Both the position numbers and the translations under genes were made by a program. The notes beneath the pieces are model-generated. The model was given only the letters and a program-made list of their open reading frames with translations, was not told the DNA's origin and searched no databases. Shown here piece after piece: positions 25,838 through 38,787 of a stretch of 64,000 nucleotides of DNA (the first letter of the stretch is position 1; each line of letters starts with the position of its first letter). Source of the stretch: Dictyostelium discoideum (lineage: Eukaryota). The stretch is from the NCBI GenBank assembly GCA_000004695.1, contig CM000150.2:256001-320000 (forward strand), in the 5' to 3' direction.

Positions 25838-27370
25838 TTTATTTATTTATTTTTGATTAAAAAAAAAAAAAAAAAAACTATTAAAAAAAAAAAAAAAAAA
25901 AAAAAAATATTTTGTGATTGGAAAAAAAAAAAAAAAAGCAGGAGCGTATTTTATGAGAAAAATAAATATTAATTAAAAAAAAATATTTTTTTTGTGTAAG
26001 TGATTGTGATTAAAAAAAAAAAAATATATGAAAATAAAAAAAAAAAAAAAAAAAAAAAAAAGTTTTAACTGAAAATTTTTGCGAAAGCTGGTAGGAAGGT
26101 TAAAAAAAGATCATCTGATTTTATAACCCTTGTTTACGTTTCATTTTACTGACTCTAATTATAATTTTATTTTATTTTGTTTTTTTTTCATTTTTTATTT
26201 GATTATAATTATTTTTCTAGATATTTGATAATGTCTATTACAAAAAAAAAAAAAAAAAAAAAAAAAAAACCACACACATCTTCCAAACCTAAACACACCA
26301 CAAAACCCCCAAATTAAATGCAAATATTATGGCAACGAAAAATGATAATTAAAAAAAAAAAAAAGTTTGTTTTCTTTAAAAGTCCCTCATAATATTGATT
26401 GTAAAATTATCAAATCAATTAGAGTTTATTATTATTCACTAAATTCAATAAAATAAATTAATTTTCAAATAAAAAAAAAAAAACATATGTGTAAGCCTTA
26501 CAAATGATTTATATTGAAAGAGAGAAAAAAAATAAAATATTATTCATTTTTAAAGATTATGTGAACTAGTTATGAAACCATTTTTATTTTATATTTTTAT
26601 ACTTTTACTTATTTTACAAATTTACAATTTAAGAGAATGGTTTGAAAATAATAATAAAAGTTTTTTTTTTTTTTTTTTTTATTTAAAAATTAAATTAAAA
26701 AAAGAAAAACATATCCCGGGTGATAAGTTTAATTATTGTTTTTTTATAAAATGTAAATATTAACACACCCCCCCAATTATTTATATTTATTTTAAATTAT
26801 ATTATTTTAATTTTTTTAATTATTTTTTTTTTTTTTTTTTAATTATTTTTATTTTTATTTTTAGAAGGGGGGTTGTGATTAAAATGTATAAATATACATA
26901 GTTAATATATCTTATAGACTCTTTATCATCTACCAATCTTTTTTTTACTTACTTAATCACCACAAAAAAAAAAAACAAAAAAAAAAAAAAAATAAAATAA
27001 AACAAAATTACACCTCTAATCAATTTTTTTTAACTACTCTCTTTTGTGACAGAGATATAAATTTTTTTTTTTTTTTTTTTAATTTATCCTTTTATTTATA
27101 TTAATATAAAAAAGAGAATGAATGTTTTTTTGATTAAGTAGGAAGAAAAGATATTAATGTTATAAAATTTATTTATTTATATATTTTTTTTTTTTATAAT
27201 TTTATTTTATTTATTTATTTATTTATTTTTTTTTTTTAAAAAAGGTTCAGTGTAAATAGTAATTTTATTATTATTTTTTTGTAATTGTTTTTTTTAATTG
27301 GATTTAATTTTTATATAGGGGAATAAATTTTTGTCCCTAATTTAATTTAAATACCAATATATATATATTT

Positions 27371-27416
<46 letters not shown>

Positions 27417-27494
27417 AAAATAAAATAATTATTTATTAGTTAATAAAAATATTTAATAATAATAATAATAATAATTAAAAATATTTAAAATAAA

Positions 27495-30152
27495 ATGATA
27501 AATTTTTTTAAAAAGAAAAATAAAAATTCAGGTGGGAGTACAAATAGTTCTAGTAATACAACACCATCATCGTCATTCTTTTCTTCTTCTTCAAATACTT
27601 CATCAACATCAACAAACAATAAATTATTTACATCAATTTCATCACCACAAATTATAAATAATAATAATAATAATAATAACAATAATAATAATTATAATAA
27701 TAATTTAAATAATAATTTAAATAACCCTCCTCCTCCGCCACCATATCAATTAAATAAAAATAAAATAAATAATCAAATTAATAGTAGTAGTGAAAATAAT
27801 ATAGTTAATTCACAAAGTTGTAATTTAGTAAATAGTAAAAGTAATAATACTTCATCATCAGGTAAGTCGATATCATCAGCAACATCAAGTTCTATATCAG
27901 GAGATGGTGGTGATGCAAATGGTTACAATATAAATACAGTTTCATCAAGAGGCTCAACATCATCACCTATTCAATTAATTCATCCAAATTTAGATTCTCC
28001 AAATGTAGGTGGCGGAGGAGGTGGTGGTAATAAATCAAGGATTAGAATATTTGGTAAAAATTTATCACCATCAACATCCTCATCAAAAGATAGTGGAAGT
28101 GGGTATGCTGGTGGTGTTGGTATTTTATCAGAAAAAGATATATTTCCAAATGGTGTTAAAAGGCAATTAAAAGGTGTAATGTTATTAGGTGAAGGTAATG
28201 ATGACGTTTTAATAAGAGCAAGAACTTATATAAATCAACAAGGTGAATTACATTTTACAAATGAAGATTTAGCACAATACATGTTTCCATTTGATTATGA
28301 TGAGGATTCACAGGTACCAATTCAATTGAAAATTCCAAAAATCGTACCAATGTCAAAACATGGTTTAGATAGTGACAGTGGTTCATCATCAGATGATGAA
28401 GGTAATAATTACCACCATGGTGGTATCAATAGATTCAATCATTTAAATAATAAAAACTTTTCAAATAAAACTTTATTAAAAGCAAGATCTTGTCTTTCAA
28501 ATTGGGTACCTGATTCACCATTAATCTCATCCTACAGATATCAATCTGAATCTTCAAATCTTGGTCCAATTAAACATAGTCAAATTATAAATAATAATAA
28601 AGATTTTAAAGAATTTGCAATAGAATCACCAAATTCAACTCTTAGTACAACTGATTTATTATCCAATCAATTACAACAACAATTACAACAACAACCACAA
28701 CATAATTATAAAAATGAAGAAGATAATGAAGAATCTATTAAATTTGAAAATCAAGAAAATGTTAAAACTGAAGATATTGAGAAAATAGATAAAATTAGAG
28801 TTAGTTTTGGAGAGAATGAAACTTTTGATGATATTTCTGACGTTGGTTTTTCACCAATTCCTGATAATAATATTATTAAAATAAATAAAAGTAATGAAAG
28901 TAATAAAAGTAATAATGGTTGTGGTAGTGGTAGTGGTAGTGGTAGCAATCTTTTTTCAATTCAATCACCTTCACTTAGAAATGGTTTTACAATTAGTGAA
29001 AATCTTAATAACCAATCACCAAAACAAACTACAATTCAGAGTATAGTTTCAACAACAACTACAACAACCACAACAACCACAAGTACAGCTGGCACAAATA
29101 ATAGTAATACAACCAATAATAGTATAAAACCACCAGCAACTCAATTTAGTATTTATGATTTTGTAAAACCACAATCACAACCAGAATTAAGTGGTAATAA
29201 AAAACAATCATACCATCAAAAGATACTATTTACATCATCACCAGCAGCTAATTCAATATCTCAAAATATTTCACCAATGATAACTCCAATATCTTCACCA
29301 ATCGCTCCAATTTTAAAAAATAGAAATAATTTTAATAATATGGGTAATGGAAATAAAATTTCAAAATTATTAATATCTGAAAATAATAATAATTCACAAA
29401 ATGTTACACCAAAATTGAAATCATTTAAAAATAAATTGGATAGTGAATTATTACAATCATTAGAAGCATTAATTGATTCACCACAAAATGTATCAAACTC
29501 TAATATTGATAATTGTTTTGGTACTGATTCTCCTAGATTATTATTATTGTTAGAAGAACAAAGACAACAAGAGCAAATATTGAAATTAAAAGAACAAGAA
29601 AACTTTAAAAAACAACATCAACAACTTTTAGAAAAAGTCTCAAGTGGTTTAGAAACCCTAAGAATTTCAATTCAAGATTTAAAATTTTTAGATTTAATAA
29701 ATGAATTTAATTTAAATGATCATCAAAATATAATTGAATTTCAAAAAAATAAAATTGAACAACAACAACAACAACAACAATTACAACAACAAAATAATGA
29801 AATTTTACAACAACAACAACAAATTGTCAATACAAATATTAACAATGAAGAAATCATTGATAAAGATGAAAAGGAATTGGATACAAATGATGTATCATCA
29901 TTATCTTCACTTTTATTATCACCTTCTTCTTCATCAACTTTATTATTTTCACCATGTAGTTCAAATTCAAATCTTATTGAAGATCATCCATTTGATATTT
30001 ATTCTCCACCTTTATCTTTATCAACCACTAAACAACAACAACAACAACAATTAATTTCAACAAAATCACAATCAATCACTATTGAAAAAAATAATTCAAC
30101 CCATCATTTATTTAATAATAGTTTTATTAATTTAATAAATAATCAACAATAG
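27495..30152 (+). CDS. Hypothetical Ser/Asn/Gln-rich low-complexity protein (885 aa)
   Basis: An uninterrupted 2.66-kb ORF in a roughly 78% AT genome. A small more complex segment reads VKRQLKGVMLLGEGNDDVLIRARTYINQQGELHFTNEDLAQYMFPFDYDED. I recognise no domain. Confidence 0.6.
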   Translation: MINFFKKKNKNSGGSTNSSSNTTPSSSFFSSSSNTSSTSTNNKLFTSISSPQIINNNNNNNNNNNNYNNNLNNNLNNPPPPPPYQLNKNKINNQINSSSENNIVNSQSCNLVNSKSNNTSSSGKSISSATSSSISGDGGDANGYNINTVSSRGSTSSPIQLIHPNLDSPNVGGGGGGGNKSRIRIFGKNLSPSTSSSKDSGSGYAGGVGILSEKDIFPNGVKRQLKGVMLLGEGNDDVLIRARTYINQQGELHFTNEDLAQYMFPFDYDEDSQVPIQLKIPKIVPMSKHGLDSDSGSSSDDEGNNYHHGGINRFNHLNNKNFSNKTLLKARSCLSNWVPDSPLISSYRYQSESSNLGPIKHSQIINNNKDFKEFAIESPNSTLSTTDLLSNQLQQQLQQQPQHNYKNEEDNEESIKFENQENVKTEDIEKIDKIRVSFGENETFDDISDVGFSPIPDNNIIKINKSNESNKSNNGCGSGSGSGSNLFSIQSPSLRNGFTISENLNNQSPKQTTIQSIVSTTTTTTTTTTSTAGTNNSNTTNNSIKPPATQFSIYDFVKPQSQPELSGNKKQSYHQKILFTSSPAANSISQNISPMITPISSPIAPILKNRNNFNNMGNGNKISKLLISENNNNSQNVTPKLKSFKNKLDSELLQSLEALIDSPQNVSNSNIDNCFGTDSPRLLLLLEEQRQQEQILKLKEQENFKKQHQQLLEKVSSGLETLRISIQDLKFLDLINEFNLNDHQNIIEFQKNKIEQQQQQQQLQQQNNEILQQQQQIVNTNINNEEIIDKDEKELDTNDVSSLSSLLLSPSSSSTLLFSPCSSNSNLIEDHPFDIYSPPLSLSTTKQQQQQQLISTKSQSITIEKNNSTHHLFNNSFINLINNQQ

Positions 30153-30361
30153 CAAAAACAAATAAAATATCTATAAACTAACAAGCCCCCGAGGAAAAAT
30201 AAAAAAAAAAAAAGTAATAATAAAATGTAATAATGAAATTTATTTATTGGAAAACTTTTATTATTTTATTGTTTTATACCTTTTTTTTTATTTTATTTAT
30301 TATTTATTTATTTTTTGTTTTTTTTTTTTTTTGTTTTTTTTTTTTGTTGTTTTTATTTTTT

Positions 30362-31251
30362 TTAAAATGGTTGTTGTAATTCATCTTGAAAGAATTTAAT
30401 TGAACCTTCAAAAACTGTTACAGAAGGACAACTAACAAAAACTTTATCATCTTCTTCTCTCCATTCAACTTCTAAAATACCACCATCCATTTGAACATTT
30501 GCTTTTCTATTATTTTTACCACGTAAAACCCCACTAACCAAAGCGGCAGCAGCACCAGTTCCACAAGAATTTGTTACACCAATACCCCGTTGCCAAACTC
30601 TAACACGTAGTGAATCTCTAGTTTTCACTTGTACGAATTCAACATTTGTCTTTTGTGGAAATATTGGATGTGATTCAATAACTTTACCATAGTAATCCAT
30701 TGGAAATTCATCAACATTCTCCAAATGTAATACACAATGAGGATTACCCATTGAAACTAATGTTGAATTAATAAAATGACCACCACATTGAATTACTTTA
30801 CTATATTCATTATATGATGAATTGGTTGATAATAATACTCTACCAAATGAATTTGATAAATCATTATTATTATTAATATTAATAATATTATTATTTAATT
30901 TAAAGATTGGACATTGTTGAAAAATATTTGAGTCGATTTGAAATTGATTTATATTTGGATGTTGAAAATTACCACCACTACTACCACCATGATGATCAGA
31001 TGTTTTCAAAACTAATGGATTACCTAAACTAACTTTACTCCAAAGTGTTTTTGCATTATTTAATGGATGTTGAGGAATGGTCATACATTGTTGTATACCT
31101 GCTATCGTATAAATACTAATACTTCTAGATTCAAATAAAAGATAAGGTGTTTGATTTAATGTTTTTAATCTATTTCTTGAAAAAAATGGTTTTAAATCTT
31201 CATTATGATGTGGTTCTTGATTATTATTATTATTATTATTATTATTATTTA

Positions 31252-31339
<88 letters not shown>

Positions 31340-31906
31340 TTGTTCAATTTCAATATTATTATTTTGATTATTTTGATTGTTTTGATTGTTTTGACTGTTT
31401 GTTCGATAAGATTTTAAATTATAATCTACAATATATTTGCAAACGCAAGAAACACCAGTTGTACAATTTTCAGCAATACTACCATCAGAATTAAAAATTA
31501 AAAGTTGAAAGTCAGTTTCATTCAATTTATCATTTGGAGGTGGTGTTAATACCAGTGTATTATCAGCACCAACGCCTTGTTCTCTATCACATAATCTTTG
31601 AGCAATGTTTTGTAATACTTGAATTGATGGTCTAAATGATGAATTATTATATTCTACCCTAAGATTATCAATATGAAATATAATAAAATCTTGACCACGT
31701 ACATGCATCTTACAAAATTTTAATATGACCGATGATAACAATAATTCATTTTGTTGTTGTTGTTGTTGATATTGTTGTTCTTGTTCTTGTTGTTTTTGAT
31801 AAAAAATTTGTCGATTCAAATTATTTTGTTGTTTTTGTTGTTGTTGTGTTGGAATTTGTGATGATGATAAAAATGAATTATGAAATGGGCATTTAGTTAT
31901 ATCCAT
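30362..31906 (-). CDS. Diaminopimelate epimerase (DapF)-fold protein with both catalytic cysteines, interrupted by poly-N/poly-Q insertions
   Basis: KFCKMHVRGQDFIIFH matches E. coli DapF FSKMHGLGNDFMVVD. LCDREQGVGADNTLVLTPPPN...FQLLIFNSDGSIAENCTTGVSCVCKYI matches LADRHLGVGFDQLLVVEPP...[42 protein letters not shown]...PIFPQKTNVEFVQVKTRDSLRVRVWQRGIGVTNSCGTGAAAA...GGILEVEW matches [16 protein letters not shown]...[42 protein letters not shown]...GGRLDIAW. Both active-site Cys positions are kept. Confidence 0.8.
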
Positions 31907-32151
31907 TATCTCCTATATATATTAATTGATTTTTTGATTTTTTTGATTTTTTTGATTTTTCGATTTTTTTTGATTTTATTAATTTTATTTGTGTGTATGT
32001 TTTTAGATTTTTAAGGTAATGATAACGATTTTATTATCGTTTACTTCCCTCTAAAATTTTCATACTATTCACAATAATATATTAGCGCCCATTAAAAAGA
32101 AAAAAAAAAAAAAATTAAAAAAAAAAAAAAAACAAAAAAAAATTAAAAAAA

Positions 32152-32182
<31 letters not shown>

Positions 32183-32483
32183 TCGGGATTTATCTAGAAA
32201 AAAAAAAATAAAAAAAAATAAATATCTTTTTTTGGTGGTAATCAAATATTTATTCTATGAAAATAATTATTTTATAATCTTTTAAAAAATATTAAAAAAA
32301 AAAAAAATTTTATAAAGATTATAATTATTATAAATAATTAGTTAAAAGAATAATAGTAATAATAGTAATAATATTAAAAATAAAAAAAAAAAAAATTGAA
32401 AAAAAATTAAAATTTATAAATATATATTTTTAATGTTTTTTTTTATTATTATTAATTATTTATTATTTATTATTTATTATTTA

Positions 32484-33107
32484 TTATTCTTTTATAATTC
32501 TACCATGAATATCGGTTTTAATATTCTTTTTTAATAATTCTCTACGAATTAAGAGATCTGGAACTTCATTAAAAAAGTAATTTTCAGCATCAATATCATA
32601 TTGACGATACATGTAGTCATCGTAATTCTCTTTGAAATTTGGTAAACTATAAACGAAAGAAGAGCCAATGTAACCACCAATACCAGCGAATAAACAAATT
32701 GCAAATGTTTTAATTGGTTTAATTGGATTGGTTTTCGCAATACTGTTGCCAATTAAAGCACCAGCTATACCACCAGTGAAACCTGCTCTCCATATCAATT
32801 GCTTTGGAGTGACTGTATATCCATATCGATTATAAACGCATTTCATCTTATCATCAGTCGTAAGATCTGCTTTAAGAATTGGTGGATTTTCAAGTAAATC
32901 TACCATTCTCTCTTTTTTCTCCTCCATCATTCTATTCTTTTCCTCTTGTAATAAAAATCTATTCTTTTTCTCTAATCTCTTTACAGTTTTTCTCTCTTCT
33001 TCTTCTTTAGTTCTTGGTTGCTGTTTATCTTGATTCTTTTGATGATTTTTTCCTTCTTCTTTATTTTTTGATTTAATTTGTTCATTTTCTATATTTTTAT
33101 TTGTTGG

Positions 33108-33147
<40 letters not shown>

Positions 33148-33302
33148 GCTGTTGTTGCTGCTGTTGCTGTTGCTGTTGCTTCTGTTTTTTTATTATTTTC
33201 ATCTATATTTTTATTATCTGTATTTTTATTATTATTATTTGATGATCTTCTCCATGGAAGCCATGAAGATGATGACGATGACGATTCTTTATTTTCTGTC
33301 AT
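32484..33302 (-). CDS. Hypothetical membrane protein: basic/coiled-coil N-terminus with poly-T run, C-terminal glycine-zipper transmembrane region
   Basis: 272-aa ORF. The TM-like region is AGFTGGIAGALIGNSIAKTNPIKPIKTFAICLFAGIGGYIGSSFVY. An upstream poly-T run is coded by (aca)n. I cannot assign a family; it could be a Tim17, Mic10 or Romo1-like glycine zipper. Confidence 0.5.
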
Positions 33303-33881
33303 TATATATATTTATTTATAAAAAAAAAAAAAAAAAAAAATGATTTCGAAAAAAAAAAAATAAAAAAATAAAAAAATAAAAATTAAAAAAAAAATAAAAA
33401 TAAAAAATTTTTTTTTTGAAATGAAAAAACTAAACAAAACATTTGTTCGTGGCAAATTATTTTTTTGATTGAACAATTAAATCATTTTTTATATTTTTTT
33501 ATAAATTTATTTTATTTTCTTATTTTTCAAAAAAATAAAAGATAAAAATAAATTTTTAAAAATGTTTAGATTAATAATTTTTTTAATTTTGAAATGAAAT
33601 AAAAAGAAAAAACTTTGTTAAAAAAAAAAATAAATAATAATAAAGTAATTAATTTTTATGGTATTAAACCAATTTTTTTTATGATAATAATAACCCCAAA
33701 ATGGAATTAAATAAAAATCACACTCAAATAATATATATACTTAAAGTATTAGATAGTATTTATTTTATTTTTTATTTTTTTTAATTTTCAGAATTTAAAT
33801 TTCATTTTTTTTTTTTTTTAATTTTTTTGATTTTAAAACAAATTTCATTTTTTTTTTTTTTTTTTTTGTTTATTTTTAAAA

Positions 33882-35134
33882 ATGGATAGACTATTAACAA
33901 TTTCTAACCATATTGGTAAAAATATTAGACAATTTTCAACATCAACAGAAGTAATGTATTTTAAAAAATATTAAATTTTTTTTCTTTTTTTTTTTTATTT
34001 AATAATAATAAATAATAAATAATTAATAATTAATAATTAATAATAAAAAAAAAAAAGGAAGTTTTATTTGAAAAAAAAGGAAAATGTTTAAAAGTTTTAT
34101 TAAATAGACCAAAAGCATTAAATGCATTGAATCCAAATATGGTTAAAATTTTAACACCAAAATATTTAGAGATGAAAACAAAGAAAGATGGTGAAGGAGT
34201 TATTGTAATGAAAGGAGCAGGTGAGAAAGCATTTTGTGCAGGTGGTGATATTAGAGCAATTTACGATTATAAACAATTGAATGAGGAACAAAAATCAAAA
34301 ACCAATGATATTGGTGACTTATTCTTTCGTGAAGAGTACATTTTAAATAATTTAATTGGTACTAATCCAATAGCACAAGTTTCAATCTACAATGGATTTG
34401 CAATGGGTGGTGGTATTGGTTTGTCAGTACACGGCAAATTCAGAGTGGCCACAGAGAATACAGTATTCGCAATGCCAGAGACCGGCATCGGTTTCTTTTG
34501 CGACGTCGGTGGCTCCTACTTCCTCCCAAGATTGCCAAATAACTATGGCATGTATCTAGCACTCACCGGCAGCAAACTAAAGGGTAACAATGTTTACCTA
34601 GCCGGCGTTGCCACTCATTTCGTTAGCAATGAGCATATTCAAGCTTTGGAAAAGGAGATAGAGGAATGCGAGAATCCAACCTCCCAAACCATCAATTCCA
34701 TCCTCACCAAGTACCATGACAAGTCTAAATCCACATCCAATGAATACAATGATAATTTGGGTGATATTGAAAGAATCTTTGGTAAAAACTCTGTCAAAGA
34801 AATCTTTGAACAATTAGAGTTGTTGGAAAATAGTGAATGGGCAAAACAAACTTTAAAAACCTTGAAATCAGTTTCACCCTCCTCTTTAATGGTAGTATTC
34901 GAACAAATGAAACAAGGTGCTAAATTACCATCTTTAGCTAAATGTTTGGAAATGGAATTCCGTATCTCTCAACATTTCCTTGAAAAACCAGATTTCTTTG
35001 AAGGTGTAAGAGCTTTGTTAGTTGATAAAGATAAAAATCCAAAATGGTTACCACCATCAATTGATCAAATCGATCAAACTCTTGTAAACTCTTATTTTAA
35101 ACCTTTATCAAATAATAAGGAATTAAAATTTTAA
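33882..35134 (+). CDS. 3-hydroxyisobutyryl-CoA hydrolase (HIBCH, enoyl-CoA hydratase/crotonase family), 2 exons (33882..33950 and 34058..35134)
   Basis: Exon 1 (MDRLLTISNHIGKNIRQFSTSTE) looks like a mitochondrial presequence and ends at a gtaatg donor. Exon 2 begins with EVLFEKKGKCLKVLLNRPKALNALN. It contains the crotonase core (GAGEKAFCAGGDIRA, GFAMGGGIGLSVHGKFRVATENTVFAMPETGIGFFCDVGGSYFL) and a HIBCH-type C-terminus. The splice phase was verified. Confidence 0.88.
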
Positions 35135-35420
35135 AAATAAAATAAAAAAAATAAAAAAATAAAAAAAATAAAAAATTAATAAGATTTTATTTCAATATAT
35201 TTTCATAACTTATTAAATAAAATTAAATAAGTAAAAAAAATAAAAAATAAAATAATATTAATAACAAAAAAAAAAAAAAAAATAATAATCTAAAAAATAA
35301 TAACTAAAAAAAAAAAAAAAAAAAGATTAATATTAAAAATAATTTTTTATAACACTGTTTGAATTTAATCAAGATTATTAAATTTTTATTAAAAGGCAAT
35401 CAATCGCCATTATAGAATTC

Positions 35421-35466
<46 letters not shown>

Positions 35467-35770
35467 GGTTTTTTCTGGATTCGGATCTGTCGTTCTTTTA
35501 AAAAAAAAAAAATTAAAAATTAAAAAAATATATTAATTAGATGGTCATATGAATGAAAAAAAGGTTGTGTTTCACCCATAAAAAAAATGAAAAAAAAATA
35601 AAAAAAATAAAAAAAAAAAAAATAAAAAAAATATTTTTTCCTTTTTTTTTTTTTTTTTTTTTATTAATTTACCACCTTTTCAAAAAAAAAAAAAAATTAT
35701 ATATAAAAAAAAAAGAGATTATATATATATATTTATATATATAATAAATTAAATATATATAGTACACAAA

Positions 35771-35946
35771 ATGTCAAAAAATGAAGAAAGACAGATAAGA
35801 GAATTATTAAAATTACCAGAAAATTTAAAATGTATGGATTGTCCACAAGGTTCTGTTTATGCATGTTTGGATTTGGCCACTTTTGTTTGTCAATCATGTA
35901 GTGGTATTCAGTATGTAAACCATTAAAATTATATATAATAATAATA

Positions 35947-35999
<53 letters not shown>

Positions 36000-37144
36000 T
36001 TTATGAAATAATTTCCTAATATAATTGTTTTTTTTAATTTAAAAATATAGTTCAAATTTTGGTAGAAGAGTAAAGTCTGTCTCTATGGGTACTTTTAAAC
36101 CAGAAGAAGTCTCAAAATTAAAAGCTGGTGGTAATAAGGTATTTATTTATTTATTTTTTTTTTAAAATATATATATATAAACCAATTGATATTGATATAT
36201 ATATATTAATATTAATATTAATAGGCAGCAAGAGCTTATTGGTTAGCAAGATGGAGACCATCAGATTTTCCAGAGCCATCAGAAGGAGATCAAACTAGAA
36301 TTAGACAATTCATTGATTTAAAATATAATAAAAGACAATGGGTAGATAATGGTGCACCAAAAGTTGAACCATTATCAAATATTTTAGGAAGTGATATACC
36401 ACCAATTCAAGTTTATTCTAACAACAACAACAATAATAGCCAACCACATTCTCAAAATAGTACACCAACTACTGGCCGTCAAGCTAGTTCTAATAGTTTA
36501 TGGGATTCACCACCTGCTTCAAACAGAAAACTTTCAACAACACCACCATCAACCGTAAATAGTAATAATCCAACTCCTTCAAAACAAAATAGTACTTTAA
36601 TTGATTTAAATGATATATTTTCACAACCAACACAACCATCATATCAACAACAACAACAACAACCACAACAATCTTTTGCTATGATGAATAATGGGTATAA
36701 TGGTATGAATAATGGTATGAATAATGGTATGAATAATGGTATGATGATGAATAATGGTATGAATCAATATGGTCAACAACCACAACAACAATTACAAGTT
36801 GGGGATAATCATTCATGGAATAATTCTGGCAATACAAGTTGGCAACAATCAGTAAATCAATGGGGTACCCCAAATAATAGTATTCCATTACAACAACAAC
36901 AACAACAATACAATATGATGGGATATCAACAACAACAACAACAACCACAACAACAACCACAAATGAACAATGGTTATCAACAACCACAACTTTATAATAA
37001 TATGATGAGTAGTAATAGTAGTAACTACTCACCACCTCCATTTAATCAACCAAATAATCAATATAATGCAAATCAAATCTTTGGTGGTGATTGGGGAAAT
37101 TCAAACACCTCACAAATGCAACCTCAACCTCAACAACAACAACT

Positions 37145-37187
<43 letters not shown>

Positions 37188-37820
37188 ATTAATCCATTCG
37201 CATCAAGTAATAGTGGTAGTGTTGGAAAAGCTAATAGTGGAAGTATAGGTAGTAGTAATAATAATCAATTTGGTGCATTACAACCACAACCATATAATAG
37301 TGGTGGTAATATAAACTCATTTGGAAGTCAACCACAACAACAACCACAACAACAACAACAAAATTCACCATTCGCAAGTTTATCACCATTTTCTAATAAT
37401 AATACAACCAGTAATAATAATAATACCAACAGTGGAAGTGTAACAAAACCCAATCCATTTGAATCAACATTTAATACATCATCAACATCAGTTTCTTCTC
37501 CTCCTGCAACTGCAAATTCTAATCCATTTTCAAATCCTTTTGGTAATAATGGTAATACTACAAGTAGTAATATGATTAATAGTGGGAATGGAAAGATTAA
37601 TAGTTTTAATAATAATAATAACAATAGTTTTAATTACAATAACAATACATCAAGTAATAATAATAATAACAATAATAATAATAATAACAATAATAATAAT
37701 GGTGCATTTAGTAATGACGATTTTTTCTCTCAACTCCAAGCACCAAAACAACAACAACCACCACAACAACAAACTTCAACACCATTTGGTGATTATAGTG
37801 GAAGTGGTAGTTTCTTTTAA
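35771..37820 (+). CDS. ArfGAP-domain protein with long Q/N/FG-like low-complexity C-terminus (AGFG/Hrb-like), 3 exons (35771..35910, 36051..36138, 36225..37820)
   Basis: The ArfGAP zinc finger is split across exons: NLKCMDCPQGSVYACLDLATFVCQSCSGI|HSNFGRRVKSVSMGTFKPEEVSKLKAGGNK|AARAYWLARWRPSDFPEP...IRQFIDLKYNKRQW. Donors are gtatgt and gtattt, acceptors atatag and aatag. The C-terminal 500 aa are rich in Q, N and NPF/FG-like motifs. Confidence 0.85.
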
Positions 37821-37845
37821 ACAATAAATCACTCAATAAAACAAA

Positions 37846-37898
<53 letters not shown>

Positions 37899-38047
37899 CA
37901 ATAGTATTTATAATTTAAAAAACAATTAATAAAACAAGAAGAAAAAAAAAAAAAAAAAGGAAAAAGGATCTATGTGCATGAATTTTCACATATATTTTTT
38001 TTCTTTCTTTTTTTTTTTTTTTTTTTTGATGTATTTTTATTTAAATT

Positions 38048-38735
38048 TTATTTTGAGTATTTGTAACTATCCATATTATTATTTTGACTTGTTTTATTAT
38101 TTTGATTTGTTTGATTATTTTGATTTGTTTGATTATTTTGATTTGTTTGATTATTTTGAACAAAATTATTAAAATTATTATTTTGTTTTTTATTTTGATT
38201 TTTAAAAGATTTGGAAATGGTTGGAAATTTTGGCATCATTTCAATGGATTGAGGAAATGGATTTTCATAAAAGAAAGGATGTTTTATAGCATCAGAAGCA
38301 GTAATTCTTTTTGTTGGATCATAAGTTAGTAATTGATTTAAAAGGTCAAAAGCAGTATCAGATATTGTTGGTACTAATTCTCTAAGATTATTATATGGTT
38401 GATGAGGAATATTATTTAATCGTTTAAAGTTTGGTAATGATGAAAATCCTGGCCAAATTTGTTCATTTGGTTCACCCAATAAATTAAATATACGCATAAT
38501 TTGATCCACTTCATTATTACCAGTAATTAATGGTCTACCAATTAATAATTCACCAAATATACTACCAATTGACCATAAATCAACTGCTGTTGAATATTTT
38601 TGACAACCTAATAATAGTTCAGGTGAACGATACCATAATGTTACCATACATGGAGTAATTGATTCAATTGGGTATCCAAATTTTCTTGCTAATCCAAAAT
38701 CTGCTAATTTTAAATTACCATTATTTCCATATAAT

Positions 38736-38787
<52 letters not shown>

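Noticed and set aside
31147-31494. Plus-strand poly-Y/poly-I ORFs 31147..31494 and 31205..31417
   Set aside because: They are antisense to the poly-N tract of the DapF-like gene.
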